A stretch of DNA of 51,580 nucleotides from Nitrososphaerota archaeon (GTDB lineage Archaea; Thermoproteota; Nitrososphaeria; PSMU01). The position numbers were made by a program, and so were the translations under genes. The stretch is taken from assembly GCA_040290255.1 (NCBI GenBank), contig PSMU01000008.1:1-51580 (forward strand), read 5' to 3'. Below, piece after piece: positions 1 to 7,881 of this stretch. Numbering within the stretch: position 1 is the stretch's first letter; every line of letters starts with the position of its first letter. The notes beneath the pieces are model-generated. The model saw nothing but the letters and a program-made list of their open reading frames with translations, was not told where the DNA came from and ran no database searches.

Positions 1-1
1 A

Positions 2-64
2 GTCATCATCCTACAGCTGGTGACGTTGGGCGTCGTCTTCGTAAGAAGGAGACCGCAAGCCTAG
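2..64 (+). CDS. 3' end of upstream gene, probably the C-terminal membrane anchor of a peptide ABC substrate-binding protein (partial)
   Basis: Frame from nt 2 reads VIILQLVTLGVVFVRRRPQA*, a hydrophobic helix plus basic tail, directly upstream of the dppBCDF-like genes. Confidence 0.6.
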   Translation, partial: VIILQLVTLGVVFVRRRPQA

Positions 65-65
65 C

Positions 66-75
66 TTTTTCTTTT
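66..75 (+). terminator. U-rich archaeal terminator or attenuator
   Basis: TTTTTCTTTT immediately after the stop codon at 62-64. Confidence 0.45.
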
Positions 76-126
76 AGTCTTTTGTGGGCAAAAGGGTCAT
101 TAAGGTAGCCGGCTACCCGTTGGGCG

Positions 127-1179
127 ATGGGCGTCGGCAGAGTGGTGGCCCTGAGGGCGGCGAGCCTAGCCCTTACGCTGATAGGGGTGGTCTTGATAAC
201 GGCCATAATCGTGGGGCCGACGTCGGACCGGGTGCTGGGCGCTATAATCAACGAGCAGGTCAGGGCCTTCTCCCAGGCCCTAAGGTCCAGGGCGGCAGGG
301 ACGCAAAACCTGACGGAGATTCAGCTCGCGGTCGACCAGTACAGGGAGAGCCTGATAAGGGCGTATGGACTGGATAGGCCTTGGTATATGCGCATCTTCC
401 CTCTTGCCCTTACGATCCTAACGCTGAACCTGGGCACCTCCACGGAGGTCCAATCGTTTTCAGGGTCCATTCAGGTTAGGGATATCATCTTGGAGAGGAT
501 CCCACCCACGCTGGCCGTGGTCACTACGGCCACCGTAATACAGATACTGGTGGGCCTTTACATTGGTACCCTCCTTGCCTACAGAAGGGGCAGCTTTTTG
601 GACAGGTTCTTCAGCGTCTACGCGGCCGTCTCGTACGCTACGCCCGCCTGGTGGCTAGGGCTCTTCCTCATCTTCCTCTTTGTTTATAGAATTCCGATCT
701 TTCCTGTCCCCAGCGGGCTCTACTCGCCGCATCCTCCGGCGGCCCCGCTGCTACGTTTTCTGGACCTGATGGCCCACGCCGCCCTTCCCATCACAGCGCT
801 GGTCTTCGCCACGCTGGGCGCCTTCATTTACATCACTCGGACGCTCGTGCTGCGCATAGTGGAGGAGGACTACGTCTACCTAGCGAAGGCCAAGGGCCTG
901 CCACAGAACTCGATCCTTAGAAGTTATGTGATGAGGGCGGCGGCCCCTCCCTTGGTCACCATCGCGGCCCTCAACCTGGCCGGCTCCTTGGGAGGAGCGG
1001 TGATCACGGAAACCATCTTCAACTGGCCGGGCCTGGGCCTTTTGACCCTTCAGGCGATCGAGGCGAACAGCGAGGCCCTCATCTTGGGCCTCACCTACAT
1101 CCTCGCATCGGTCTACGTAATGACCAGGCTAGCCCTAGAGGTGGCCTACGTCTTTTTGGATCCTAGGGTGAGATACTAG
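127..1179 (+). CDS. dppB: Oligopeptide/dipeptide ABC transporter permease (DppB/OppB-like)
   Basis: Multiple TM segments; EAA-loop region EDYVYLAKAKGL; C-terminal ETIFNWPGLG and LDPRVRY. Confidence 0.92.
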   Translation: MGVGRVVALRAASLALTLIGVVLITAIIVGPTSDRVLGAIINEQVRAFSQALRSRAAGTQNLTEIQLAVDQYRESLIRAYGLDRPWYMRIFPLALTILTLNLGTSTEVQSFSGSIQVRDIILERIPPTLAVVTTATVIQILVGLYIGTLLAYRRGSFLDRFFSVYAAVSYATPAWWLGLFLIFLFVYRIPIFPVPSGLYSPHPPAAPLLRFLDLMAHAALPITALVFATLGAFIYITRTLVLRIVEEDYVYLAKAKGLPQNSILRSYVMRAAAPPLVTIAALNLAGSLGGAVITETIFNWPGLGLLTLQAIEANSEALILGLTYILASVYVMTRLALEVAYVFLDPRVRY

Positions 1180-2652
1180 GTGAGCGTCCCCGGTAAGATA
1201 GGCGTCAGGGAGTTCTTCAGGATCCTGCTCTCTTATAGGACGGGGAAGGCGGGCCTGGCGATGCTGGGCGTAATGCTGGCGCTTTCCCTCTACGCCTTGG
1301 CCGTCCTGCCGCCCAACTATGGCACCAACTATTGGAGCAACGCCGAGGTCTGGAAGGATTACCCGAGGCTTGCGCCGCCCGACTGGTACAGGTACTTTGA
1401 CAGCTCCCTTTTGCCGAACACGATTCTCGTCGCTCAGCGCCCTACGCTAACGGGTACGGCCACCTTGGCAGGCACGAGCGTGGCGGTCTTCACCTATACC
1501 TTCGAGTATGATTATAATTATCCGACTTTCCCCCAGGATGTAAGGCTTGCCGTTTATGGACTGACGGCCTACAACGCGACGAAACCCGTCGTGTTGAGCG
1601 TAAGCGTGACGAGGCCCGACGGAGAGGTGCCCCAGCTCTATAGCGAGCTCATCCCCGTCCCGCCGGACCAGCAAGGCGAAAAGACCTTCTATCCTTACGC
1701 GAAGGGCATAAATGCCTTTGGCAATGGCATAATGGCGAACGCGCTGGCCTCCTTCTATGCGATGAAATACGGGATAGCCGTCGCGCCGTCCACGCTGCTT
1801 GGGTTGGGGGTTGGCGTGGAGAGGGCCCTCTTCGCCAGGCCCATGGGCGCTGAAGGGAATTTAACCCTAGTTCCGCTCAACGGACACTATACCTTCACCG
1901 TCACGCTCACCCTTACGAGCACGAAGGATACCGTAGATAAGGTGACGCTGGCCATCATAGGCCGCGCCTATGGCCTTATGGGCACCGACAACCTAGGAAG
2001 GGATCTCGCACAGGTCCTCCTCTTTGGTTTCCCCGTTGCCCTGCTCATCGGCGTCGTCACCTCGCTGGCGGCGAGCAGCATCGGGACCTCCTTGGGCCTC
2101 ATCTCAGGCTACTTCGGCGGCAGGATAGATGAAGTGATACAGAGGTCCTCGGACACGCTGAATAACTTCCCCCTTCTTCCCCTGCTGATCCTGCTCACCT
2201 TCTTGGTCCCTACACAGGAAAGGCTGGTGACGATACTGCTCGTGCTCGTCATCTTCGGCTGGGCGGGCCTTGCCATCATCATCAGGTCGATGGTGCTCTC
2301 CATCAAGGCCGAGGGCTACGTGGAGGCGGCCAGGGCCGTGGGGGCCACCGACGGAAGGATCATGTTCAGGCATGTTTTGCCTCAGGTCCTGCCCTATGCC
2401 GTAGCCCAGCTCATCTTCCTGACCCCCGGGGCTATCCTCACGGAGGCCGCTCTGAGCGTGCTGGGTCTGGGAGATCCCAGCATACCCACATGGGGCCAGG
2501 TCCTCGAGGGGGTGCTGAGGGCCGGCGCCGTCTCGATAGCCTGGTGGTGGGCCCTCCCGCCGGGGCTGCTCATCATCTTCTCCGCGGTTACATTCGTGCT
2601 GTTGGCTCTCACGCTGGAGCCCGTCGTTGACCCAAGGCTGAGGAAGAGGTGA
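1180..2652 (+). CDS. dppC: Oligopeptide/dipeptide ABC transporter permease (DppC/OppC-like) with a large extracellular insertion
   Basis: LMGTDNLGRD, YVEAARAVGA, EAALSVLGLG; long soluble insert after TM1. Confidence 0.92.
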   Translation: MSVPGKIGVREFFRILLSYRTGKAGLAMLGVMLALSLYALAVLPPNYGTNYWSNAEVWKDYPRLAPPDWYRYFDSSLLPNTILVAQRPTLTGTATLAGTSVAVFTYTFEYDYNYPTFPQDVRLAVYGLTAYNATKPVVLSVSVTRPDGEVPQLYSELIPVPPDQQGEKTFYPYAKGINAFGNGIMANALASFYAMKYGIAVAPSTLLGLGVGVERALFARPMGAEGNLTLVPLNGHYTFTVTLTLTSTKDTVDKVTLAIIGRAYGLMGTDNLGRDLAQVLLFGFPVALLIGVVTSLAASSIGTSLGLISGYFGGRIDEVIQRSSDTLNNFPLLPLLILLTFLVPTQERLVTILLVLVIFGWAGLAIIIRSMVLSIKAEGYVEAARAVGATDGRIMFRHVLPQVLPYAVAQLIFLTPGAILTEAALSVLGLGDPSIPTWGQVLEGVLRAGAVSIAWWWALPPGLLIIFSAVTFVLLALTLEPVVDPRLRKR

Positions 2653-2659
2653 GCGGGGC

Positions 2660-3634
2660 GTGGCCGAGCTCTTAGCGGTGGAGGGCCTGCGCACCTATTA
2701 CTTTACCCAGAAAGGGCCGGTGAGGGCCGTGGACGGCGTTAGCTTTAGGCTCGAAAGGGGCCAATCCCTGGCGATAGTGGGCGAGAGCGGCTGCGGGAAG
2801 AGCACGCTGGGCGCCAGCCTGATGAGGTTGGTCGCAAGTCCGGGGAAGATCGTGGGCGGGAGCGTGCAGCTCGAGGGCCTAGAGCTGCTGGACATGCCCG
2901 AGGAGCGGTTCAGGAAGGAGGTTAGGTGGAGGAGGATAAGCTTGGTCCCTCAGAACGCCATGAACGCCCTAAACCCCGTGAAGAGGGTGGGCGACCAGAT
3001 AGCGGACGCGATTGTAGCGCATGAGGGCGTGAGCAAGCAGGCCGCCCTCGAAAGGGCCCGTGAGCTCTTCAGGCTAGTGGGCCTAGACCCCTCGCGCATC
3101 ACCAACTATCCGCATGAGTTCAGCGGGGGGATGAAGCAGAGGGTCGTTATAGCCATGGCGCTGGCTCTGGGGCCCGAGATCCTGATCGCGGACGAGCCAA
3201 CGACGGCCCTAGATGTGGTGGTGCAGGCGCAGATCCTGAACCTGCTGAAGCAGCTGAAGAAGGAAATGGGCCTTCACGTCCTGCTCATAACTCATGACCT
3301 TTCGCTCGTGGCGGAGCTGGCGGACAGGGTGCTGATAATGTATGCGGGAAAGGTGGCGGAGGAGGGCTCGACGGATGTGCTCTACGAGGCGCCCTCGCAC
3401 CCCTATGCCCAGGGCCTCATAAGGAGCATACCCAGGATAGGGGGCAAGAAGGAGCTCGTGTGGATACCGGGTTACCCACCCGACCTGCTGGTACCTCCCT
3501 CCGGCTGTAGGTTTCATCCCCGCTGCCCCTATGCATGGGACCTGTGCCAAAGGGAGGAGCCGCCGCTGTTCCGCTCCTCTCAGGGGACCCTGGCCAGCTG
3601 CTGGCTCTTGAAGGACGGTGGGGCAGCACGGTAG
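2660..3634 (+). CDS. dppD: Peptide ABC transporter ATP-binding protein (DppD/OppD)
   Basis: Walker A GESGCGKS, FSGGMKQR, LIADEPTTALD; C-terminal GCRFHPRCP...C motif. Confidence 0.95.
   Translation: MAELLAVEGLRTYYFTQKGPVRAVDGVSFRLERGQSLAIVGESGCGKSTLGASLMRLVASPGKIVGGSVQLEGLELLDMPEERFRKEVRWRRISLVPQNAMNALNPVKRVGDQIADAIVAHEGVSKQAALERARELFRLVGLDPSRITNYPHEFSGGMKQRVVIAMALALGPEILIADEPTTALDVVVQAQILNLLKQLKKEMGLHVLLITHDLSLVAELADRVLIMYAGKVAEEGSTDVLYEAPSHPYAQGLIRSIPRIGGKKELVWIPGYPPDLLVPPSGCRFHPRCPYAWDLCQREEPPLFRSSQGTLASCWLLKDGGAAR
3497..3558 (+). repeat. 62-bp identical repeat, copy 1 (dppD 3' end)
   Basis: CCCTCCGGCTGTAGGTTTCATCCCCGCTGCCCCTATGCATGGGACCTGTGCCAAAGGGAGGA, identical to 4585-4646. Confidence 0.9.
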
Positions 3635-3636
3635 GC

Positions 3637-4740
3637 ATGTCGCGCGGCGCTCCGATCCTGATGGCCCGGGGCCTTAAGACCTACTTTCATCTGAGCCGCT
3701 CCTTCCTGGAAACGCTGCTTAGGAGGCCCGTAAGGGTGGTCAGGGCGGTGGACGGGGTGAACTTGGAGGTAGAGGAGGGAAAGATAGTTGGGATCGTGGG
3801 CGAATCCGGCTCCGGCAAGACGACCCTGGGCAAGACGATCGCCGGCCTATACCGGCCCACGGCAGGCAACCTCCTCTATAGGCCCTCCGAGCAGTTGGCG
3901 GAGAGGCTAAGGGCCCACATGCTGCCCGCCCTGCGCACCAACGGGGGGGAGCTTTATGACCTGACCGGCCTGCCCGAACGGGAGGCCCGCGCCCTGCGCA
4001 GGGAGGTCCAGATCGTCTTTCAAGATCCTTATGGTTCGCTGAACCCCCGGATGTCGATAAAGGAAATCCTGGAGGAGCCCTTGATCATACATGAAGTGGG
4101 CGATCAGCAGGCGAGGGCGCGCAGGGTCAAGGAGGTCTTAGAGGCCGTTAGGCTGATGCCGCCCGAGGAATTTCTATACAGGTTCCCACATCAGCTGAGC
4201 GGCGGGCAGAGGCAGCGCGTGGCCATCGCCAGGGCACTCGTGCTGGGCCCCAGGCTCATCGTCGCGGATGAGCCCGTGAGCATGCTCGATGTGTCGATAA
4301 GGGCCGAAATACTCAAGCTGCTGCTCGACCTTAAGCGCGAGCTCAAGCTCACGTACATCTTCATAACCCACGACCTGGCCGTGGCGGGGCTCATCTGTGA
4401 CGCGATTAACATCATGTACTTGGGCAGAATAGTTGAATCCGGGCCCGTGGACGAGGTGCTGCTGGACCCGAAGCACCCCTACACGCGCGCCCTCCTCGCC
4501 GCGGTGCCGCAGCCGGAGCCGAGCGGCAGGTTCAAGCTCAAGGAGGTGCCCATCACGGGCGAGATACCCTCGGCCGTATACATACCCTCCGGCTGTAGGT
4601 TTCATCCCCGCTGCCCCTATGCATGGGACCTGTGCCAAAGGGAGGACCCGCCGGAGCTGCCGGTGGGAGCGGGCCGCTGGGCGGCCTGCTGGCTCTATGC
4701 CCAGGAGGGCCAGCCTGCGGAGAAGCGCCCGAGCTCGTAA
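3637..4740 (+). CDS. dppF: Peptide ABC transporter ATP-binding protein (DppF/OppF)
   Basis: GESGSGKT, LSGGQRQR, ADEPVSMLD; ATG at 3637 chosen because it follows the dppD stop. Confidence 0.93.
   Translation: MSRGAPILMARGLKTYFHLSRSFLETLLRRPVRVVRAVDGVNLEVEEGKIVGIVGESGSGKTTLGKTIAGLYRPTAGNLLYRPSEQLAERLRAHMLPALRTNGGELYDLTGLPEREARALRREVQIVFQDPYGSLNPRMSIKEILEEPLIIHEVGDQQARARRVKEVLEAVRLMPPEEFLYRFPHQLSGGQRQRVAIARALVLGPRLIVADEPVSMLDVSIRAEILKLLLDLKRELKLTYIFITHDLAVAGLICDAINIMYLGRIVESGPVDEVLLDPKHPYTRALLAAVPQPEPSGRFKLKEVPITGEIPSAVYIPSGCRFHPRCPYAWDLCQREDPPELPVGAGRWAACWLYAQEGQPAEKRPSS
4585..4646 (+). repeat. 62-bp identical repeat, copy 2 (dppF 3' end)
   Basis: Identical to 3497-3558. Confidence 0.9.
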
Positions 4741-4772
4741 AGCAGATATCGGTCCCCGCATATAGCAGGCCC

Positions 4773-5854
4773 ATGAGGGAACTAAAGCCGCTGTGGCTCG
4801 AGCGCGAAGCGCTCTGCATCCTCGACCAGAGGGCCCTGCCCCTGAGGAGGCGCATCCTGCGCTGCTCCACGCCGGAGCAGGTGGCCGAGGCGATAAGGAG
4901 CATGGCCGTCAGGGGCGCGCCGGCCCTTGGGATAGCATCGGCATACGCGATGGCGCTCGCGCTGCGGGGCTTCGAGGGAGGTCACGAGGAGGCCGTGAAG
5001 AGGGCCTCGGAGGCAGCCCAGCTGCTCTTGGCCACAAGGCCCACGGCCTATAACATTAGGTGGGCCGTATATAGGGTCCTGAGGAGGATAGAGGAGGCGA
5101 GCGACGACGCCTACGAGGCCGCGCTGGAGGAGGCCAAGGCGATTGAGAGGGAGGACTACGAGGCCTGCAAACGCATGGGGGAGCTGGGCGCACAGCTGCT
5201 CGAGGACGGCGACAGGGTGCTCACCCACTGCAAACGCGCGTAGCGCGGCAGAGCACGGGTGGGCTGGCCACCTCGGGCTACGGCACGGCGCTAGGGGTCA
5301 TCAGGGCCGCTTGGGAGCGGGGCAAGCGCTTGCACGTCTTCGTGACGGAGACGAGGCCCATGCTGCAGGGGGCCAGGCTGACGGCCTATGAGCTACGGCA
5401 GCTCGGAATTCCATATACGCTCCTTTCCGACATGGCCGCGGGCCTGCTGCTGAAGAGGGCAGGCGTAGACAAGGCCATCGTGGGCGGCGACAGGGTGCTT
5501 CCCGATGGCCACCTCTTCAACAAGGTGGGCACCTATGTGCTCGCGCTTCTCTTTAAGGAGCACCGAAGGCCCTTCTTCTGCGCCGTGCCCACCTCGAGCA
5601 TAGATCCCAGGGCCACGATAAGGGATGTAAAGATAGAGGAGAGGAGCCCGCAGGAGGTGCTTAGCATCGGGGGGAGATACATCGCGCCCAGGGATGCCAA
5701 GGTGTACAACCCGGCCTTCGACGTGACACCTCCCCAGCTGATCAGCGCCTACATCACCGAGCGGGGGATCCTTTACCCGCCCTTCGAGGCCTCCCTCGGG
5801 GCGCTAATTGGCACCCCGGAGGGGCCGCCTAGGCCCGCGGGGAGCGGTACGTGA
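4773..5854 (+). CDS. mtnA: S-methyl-5-thioribose-1-phosphate isomerase, join(4773..5233,5254..5854), interrupted by a 20-nt BHB/BHL intron; 353 aa after splicing
   Basis: LDQRALP, MAVRGAPALG, TRPTAYN; spliced junction [49 protein letters not shown], ITERG. Confidence 0.88.
5234..5253 (+). other. Putative archaeal pre-mRNA intron with BHB/BHL motif, ACGCGCGTAGCGCGGCAGAG
   Basis: 4-bp central helix CTGC/GCAG; AAA bulge; 5-bp inner stem CGCGC/GCGCG; AGC(AC) 3' bulge or loop; exon-exon stem GCTCACCC/GGGTGGGC; canonical cuts restore the frame and the HCN motif. Confidence 0.85.
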
Positions 5855-6293
5855 AGATCTTCCGGGGCTCGACCACGAAGACGGCGTCATCCCTCCAGCC
5901 GTAGCGCCTCTCCTCCTCGTCTAGGATTGCCTTGGCATCCCGCTCGTCCAGGGGCCTTACGTCGCCCTCTATGAGGGCCTGCCTCTTCCAGCCCTCCATC
6001 ACCACGATGGCCACTCGGGGATTCTCGAGCAGGTTCCTATGCCGCCTGCTGTCCCTTTTTCCCAGCAGGTAAAGTAGGCCATCGAGCCAGAGCACGCTGC
6101 CCACCGATGCATGGGGCCTTGCGCGCAGGTCGGCCGTGGCGATCACGGCCCTATCCCCCCTGCTCAGGAGCAGCTGCTCCACCTCCTCGAGGCTGAGCCG
6201 ATGCTCCCCGAAGATGCGCCTGGTGTGCTGCCCCGCCCCCGCCAGGCTCTGCTCCATCAGCCGGGCCAACCTTTCTCGGCCCTTCTCGCTCAT
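5829..6293 (-). CDS. Pyridoxamine 5'-phosphate oxidase-like (FMN/F420-binding split barrel) protein
   Basis: IATADLRARPHAS...SRRHRNLLENPRVAIVV pattern. Confidence 0.75.
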   Translation of the reverse strand: MSEKGRERLARLMEQSLAGAGQHTRRIFGEHRLSLEEVEQLLLSRGDRAVIATADLRARPHASVGSVLWLDGLLYLLGKRDSRRHRNLLENPRVAIVVMEGWKRQALIEGDVRPLDERDAKAILDEEERRYGWRDDAVFVVEPRKIFTYRSPRA

Positions 6294-7231
6294 GGGCCCT
6301 GTCTTACCACCGTGCCCGCCTCGCCTCGCGCGGCCGGCAACAGGTCCTCCAGGTGGGCGATGACCGCCATCCTGCCTCCCGCCTCCACGAACCTTATCGC
6401 GGCGCGCACCTTAGGACCCATGCTCCCCTCGGGGAAGTGGCCCTGCTCATAATATTTCTTCAGTTGGCCCGGGCTCACGCTGCGCAGCGCCCTCTGCCCC
6501 CTCCTGCCGAAGTTCAGGTAGCAGGCCCTGACGTCGGTCAGCATGATGAGCGCCTTAGCATGTAAAGCGCTCGCGAGCCTTTCGGAGGCCAGGTCCTTGT
6601 CCACGACGCCCTCCACGGGCACCAGCTGGCCATCCCTGCGCAGAACGGGTATTCCGCCTCCTCCGCAGCAGACGACGACCATGTCCTGCTTCAGCAGCTC
6701 AGCCACGAGCGGCGCCTCCAGCACCTCGACGGGCTCGGGGGAGGGCACTACCCTCCTGTACATCCCCCTCTCTTCGATGAAGGCCCAGCCGTGCTCAGCC
6801 CTCAGCTTTTCGGCCTCCTTATCGGAATAGTAGGGGCCCACAGGCTTCGTGGGCCTGCTTAGGGCCTGATCCTCCTTCACGCTCACTAGGCTGAGCAGCG
6901 GGACCACCTCCCTTTCGATGCCCCTCTTCCGCAGCTCCTGCTCGAGGGCCAATCGCAGCGCGAACCCTATCTGCGCCTGCGTTTCTGCCACGGCGACATA
7001 GAGGGGGTAGGGCTCGGCGATGTGCTTGGCATGCTCGTAGCGGAGCAGCTGCAGGCCCACCTGGGGGCCGTTTCCGTGTGTAAGCACGAGCCTCGCGCCC
7101 TCGCGCTGTATTAGGTCGGCCAGCAGGCCGGCCGTGCGCCTTATGCGCTCCAGCTGCGCCTCATAGCTCATCGAGGAGGAGGCGGGGAGAAGGGCATTGC
7201 CTCCGAGAGCAACTACGAGCAGATCAGCCAA
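6290..7231 (-). CDS. arcC: Carbamate kinase
   Basis: VALGGNAL, THGNGPQVG, PTKPVGPYY, RRVVPSP, GGGGIPV, GVVDKD, GSMGPK. Confidence 0.95.
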   Translation of the reverse strand: MADLLVVALGGNALLPASSSMSYEAQLERIRRTAGLLADLIQREGARLVLTHGNGPQVGLQLLRYEHAKHIAEPYPLYVAVAETQAQIGFALRLALEQELRKRGIEREVVPLLSLVSVKEDQALSRPTKPVGPYYSDKEAEKLRAEHGWAFIEERGMYRRVVPSPEPVEVLEAPLVAELLKQDMVVVCCGGGGIPVLRRDGQLVPVEGVVDKDLASERLASALHAKALIMLTDVRACYLNFGRRGQRALRSVSPGQLKKYYEQGHFPEGSMGPKVRAAIRFVEAGGRMAVIAHLEDLLPAARGEAGTVVRQGP

Positions 7232-7291
7232 AGCGAACCCTTCAGGCGAAGCAGCTATTTCTGCTTTACCGCCCGAGCTGGCCTCTATGAG

Positions 7292-7305
7292 GAAAGCGTT
7301 TAAAG
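7292..7305 (+). promoter_or_regulatory. BRE/TATA promoter of the CBS gene
   Basis: GAAAGCGTTTAAAG about 20 nt upstream of ATG 7326 (leaderless architecture). Confidence 0.55.
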
Positions 7306-7325
7306 CCCCCCCTTAAGCTGAGCGC

Positions 7326-7751
7326 ATGCGCGTGAGGGATCTCCTGAGGCGCCCACCGGTCGTCATCTGCGCCGAGGAGCCCCTGATCAAGGCCGCGCGG
7401 CTCATGGCAAAGGAGAGGGTGGGGCTCCTGCCCGTGGTGAGCCCCGAGGACGAGCGCAGGGTTCTGGGCGTGCTCTCCGAGAGGGACATCCTCAGGGCCG
7501 TGGCCGAGGGCAGGGATCTGGCAGGCCCGGTCTCAGCCTACGCCAAGATGGGGGACCTCATTACCATCTCCGAGGGGGCGCCGCTGAGCAGGGCGGCCCA
7601 GCTGATGCACGAGCACCAAGTGAGGCACCTGGTGGTACTCGATGAGGAGGGAAAGCTGGCCGGCGTGCTCTCCATCAGGGACCTGGTCGCGGAGGCCCTG
7701 GTGCTGGAGGCCCTCAGGAGGCTGGAGGAGGAAGAGTTCGCGGGCGACTAA
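7326..7751 (+). CDS. CBS-domain pair protein
   Basis: Two CBS repeats (GLLPVV...GVLSERD; RHLVVLD...GVLSIRD). Confidence 0.9.
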   Translation: MRVRDLLRRPPVVICAEEPLIKAARLMAKERVGLLPVVSPEDERRVLGVLSERDILRAVAEGRDLAGPVSAYAKMGDLITISEGAPLSRAAQLMHEHQVRHLVVLDEEGKLAGVLSIRDLVAEALVLEALRRLEEEEFAGD

Positions 7752-7793
7752 GCGCGCCCTAAAGGAAAAATAGCCGAGGTTCGATTTAGGGGC

Positions 7794-7866
7794 GGCCGGG
7801 TGGCGGAGAGGTAGACGCGGCCGCCTGCAGAGCGGCTTTACGAGGGTTCGAATCCCTCCCCGGCCT
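7794..7866 (+). tRNA. tRNA-Cys(GCA), intronless, CCA not encoded
   Basis: Acceptor GGCCGGG/CCCGGCC, anticodon arm GCCGC-CTGCAGA-GCGGC, T-arm GAGGG-TTCGAAT-CCCTC, U discriminator. Confidence 0.95.
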
Positions 7867-7881
7867 CTGGCGCCGCGGCAG

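Noticed and set aside
1400-1960. Large insertion in DppC as a novel domain or intein
   Set aside because: Extracellular insertions are common in archaeal peptide permeases; no intein terminal motifs
3870-3965. In-frame insertion in DppF after Walker A as a hidden intron
   Set aside because: The frame is intact, no BHB was found, and loop insertions at this position are common
4623-5854. mtnA as a frameshifted pseudogene or as two separate genes
   Set aside because: Both halves retain all conserved motifs, and the 20-nt insert has exact BHB/BHL geometry, so splicing explains it better than decay
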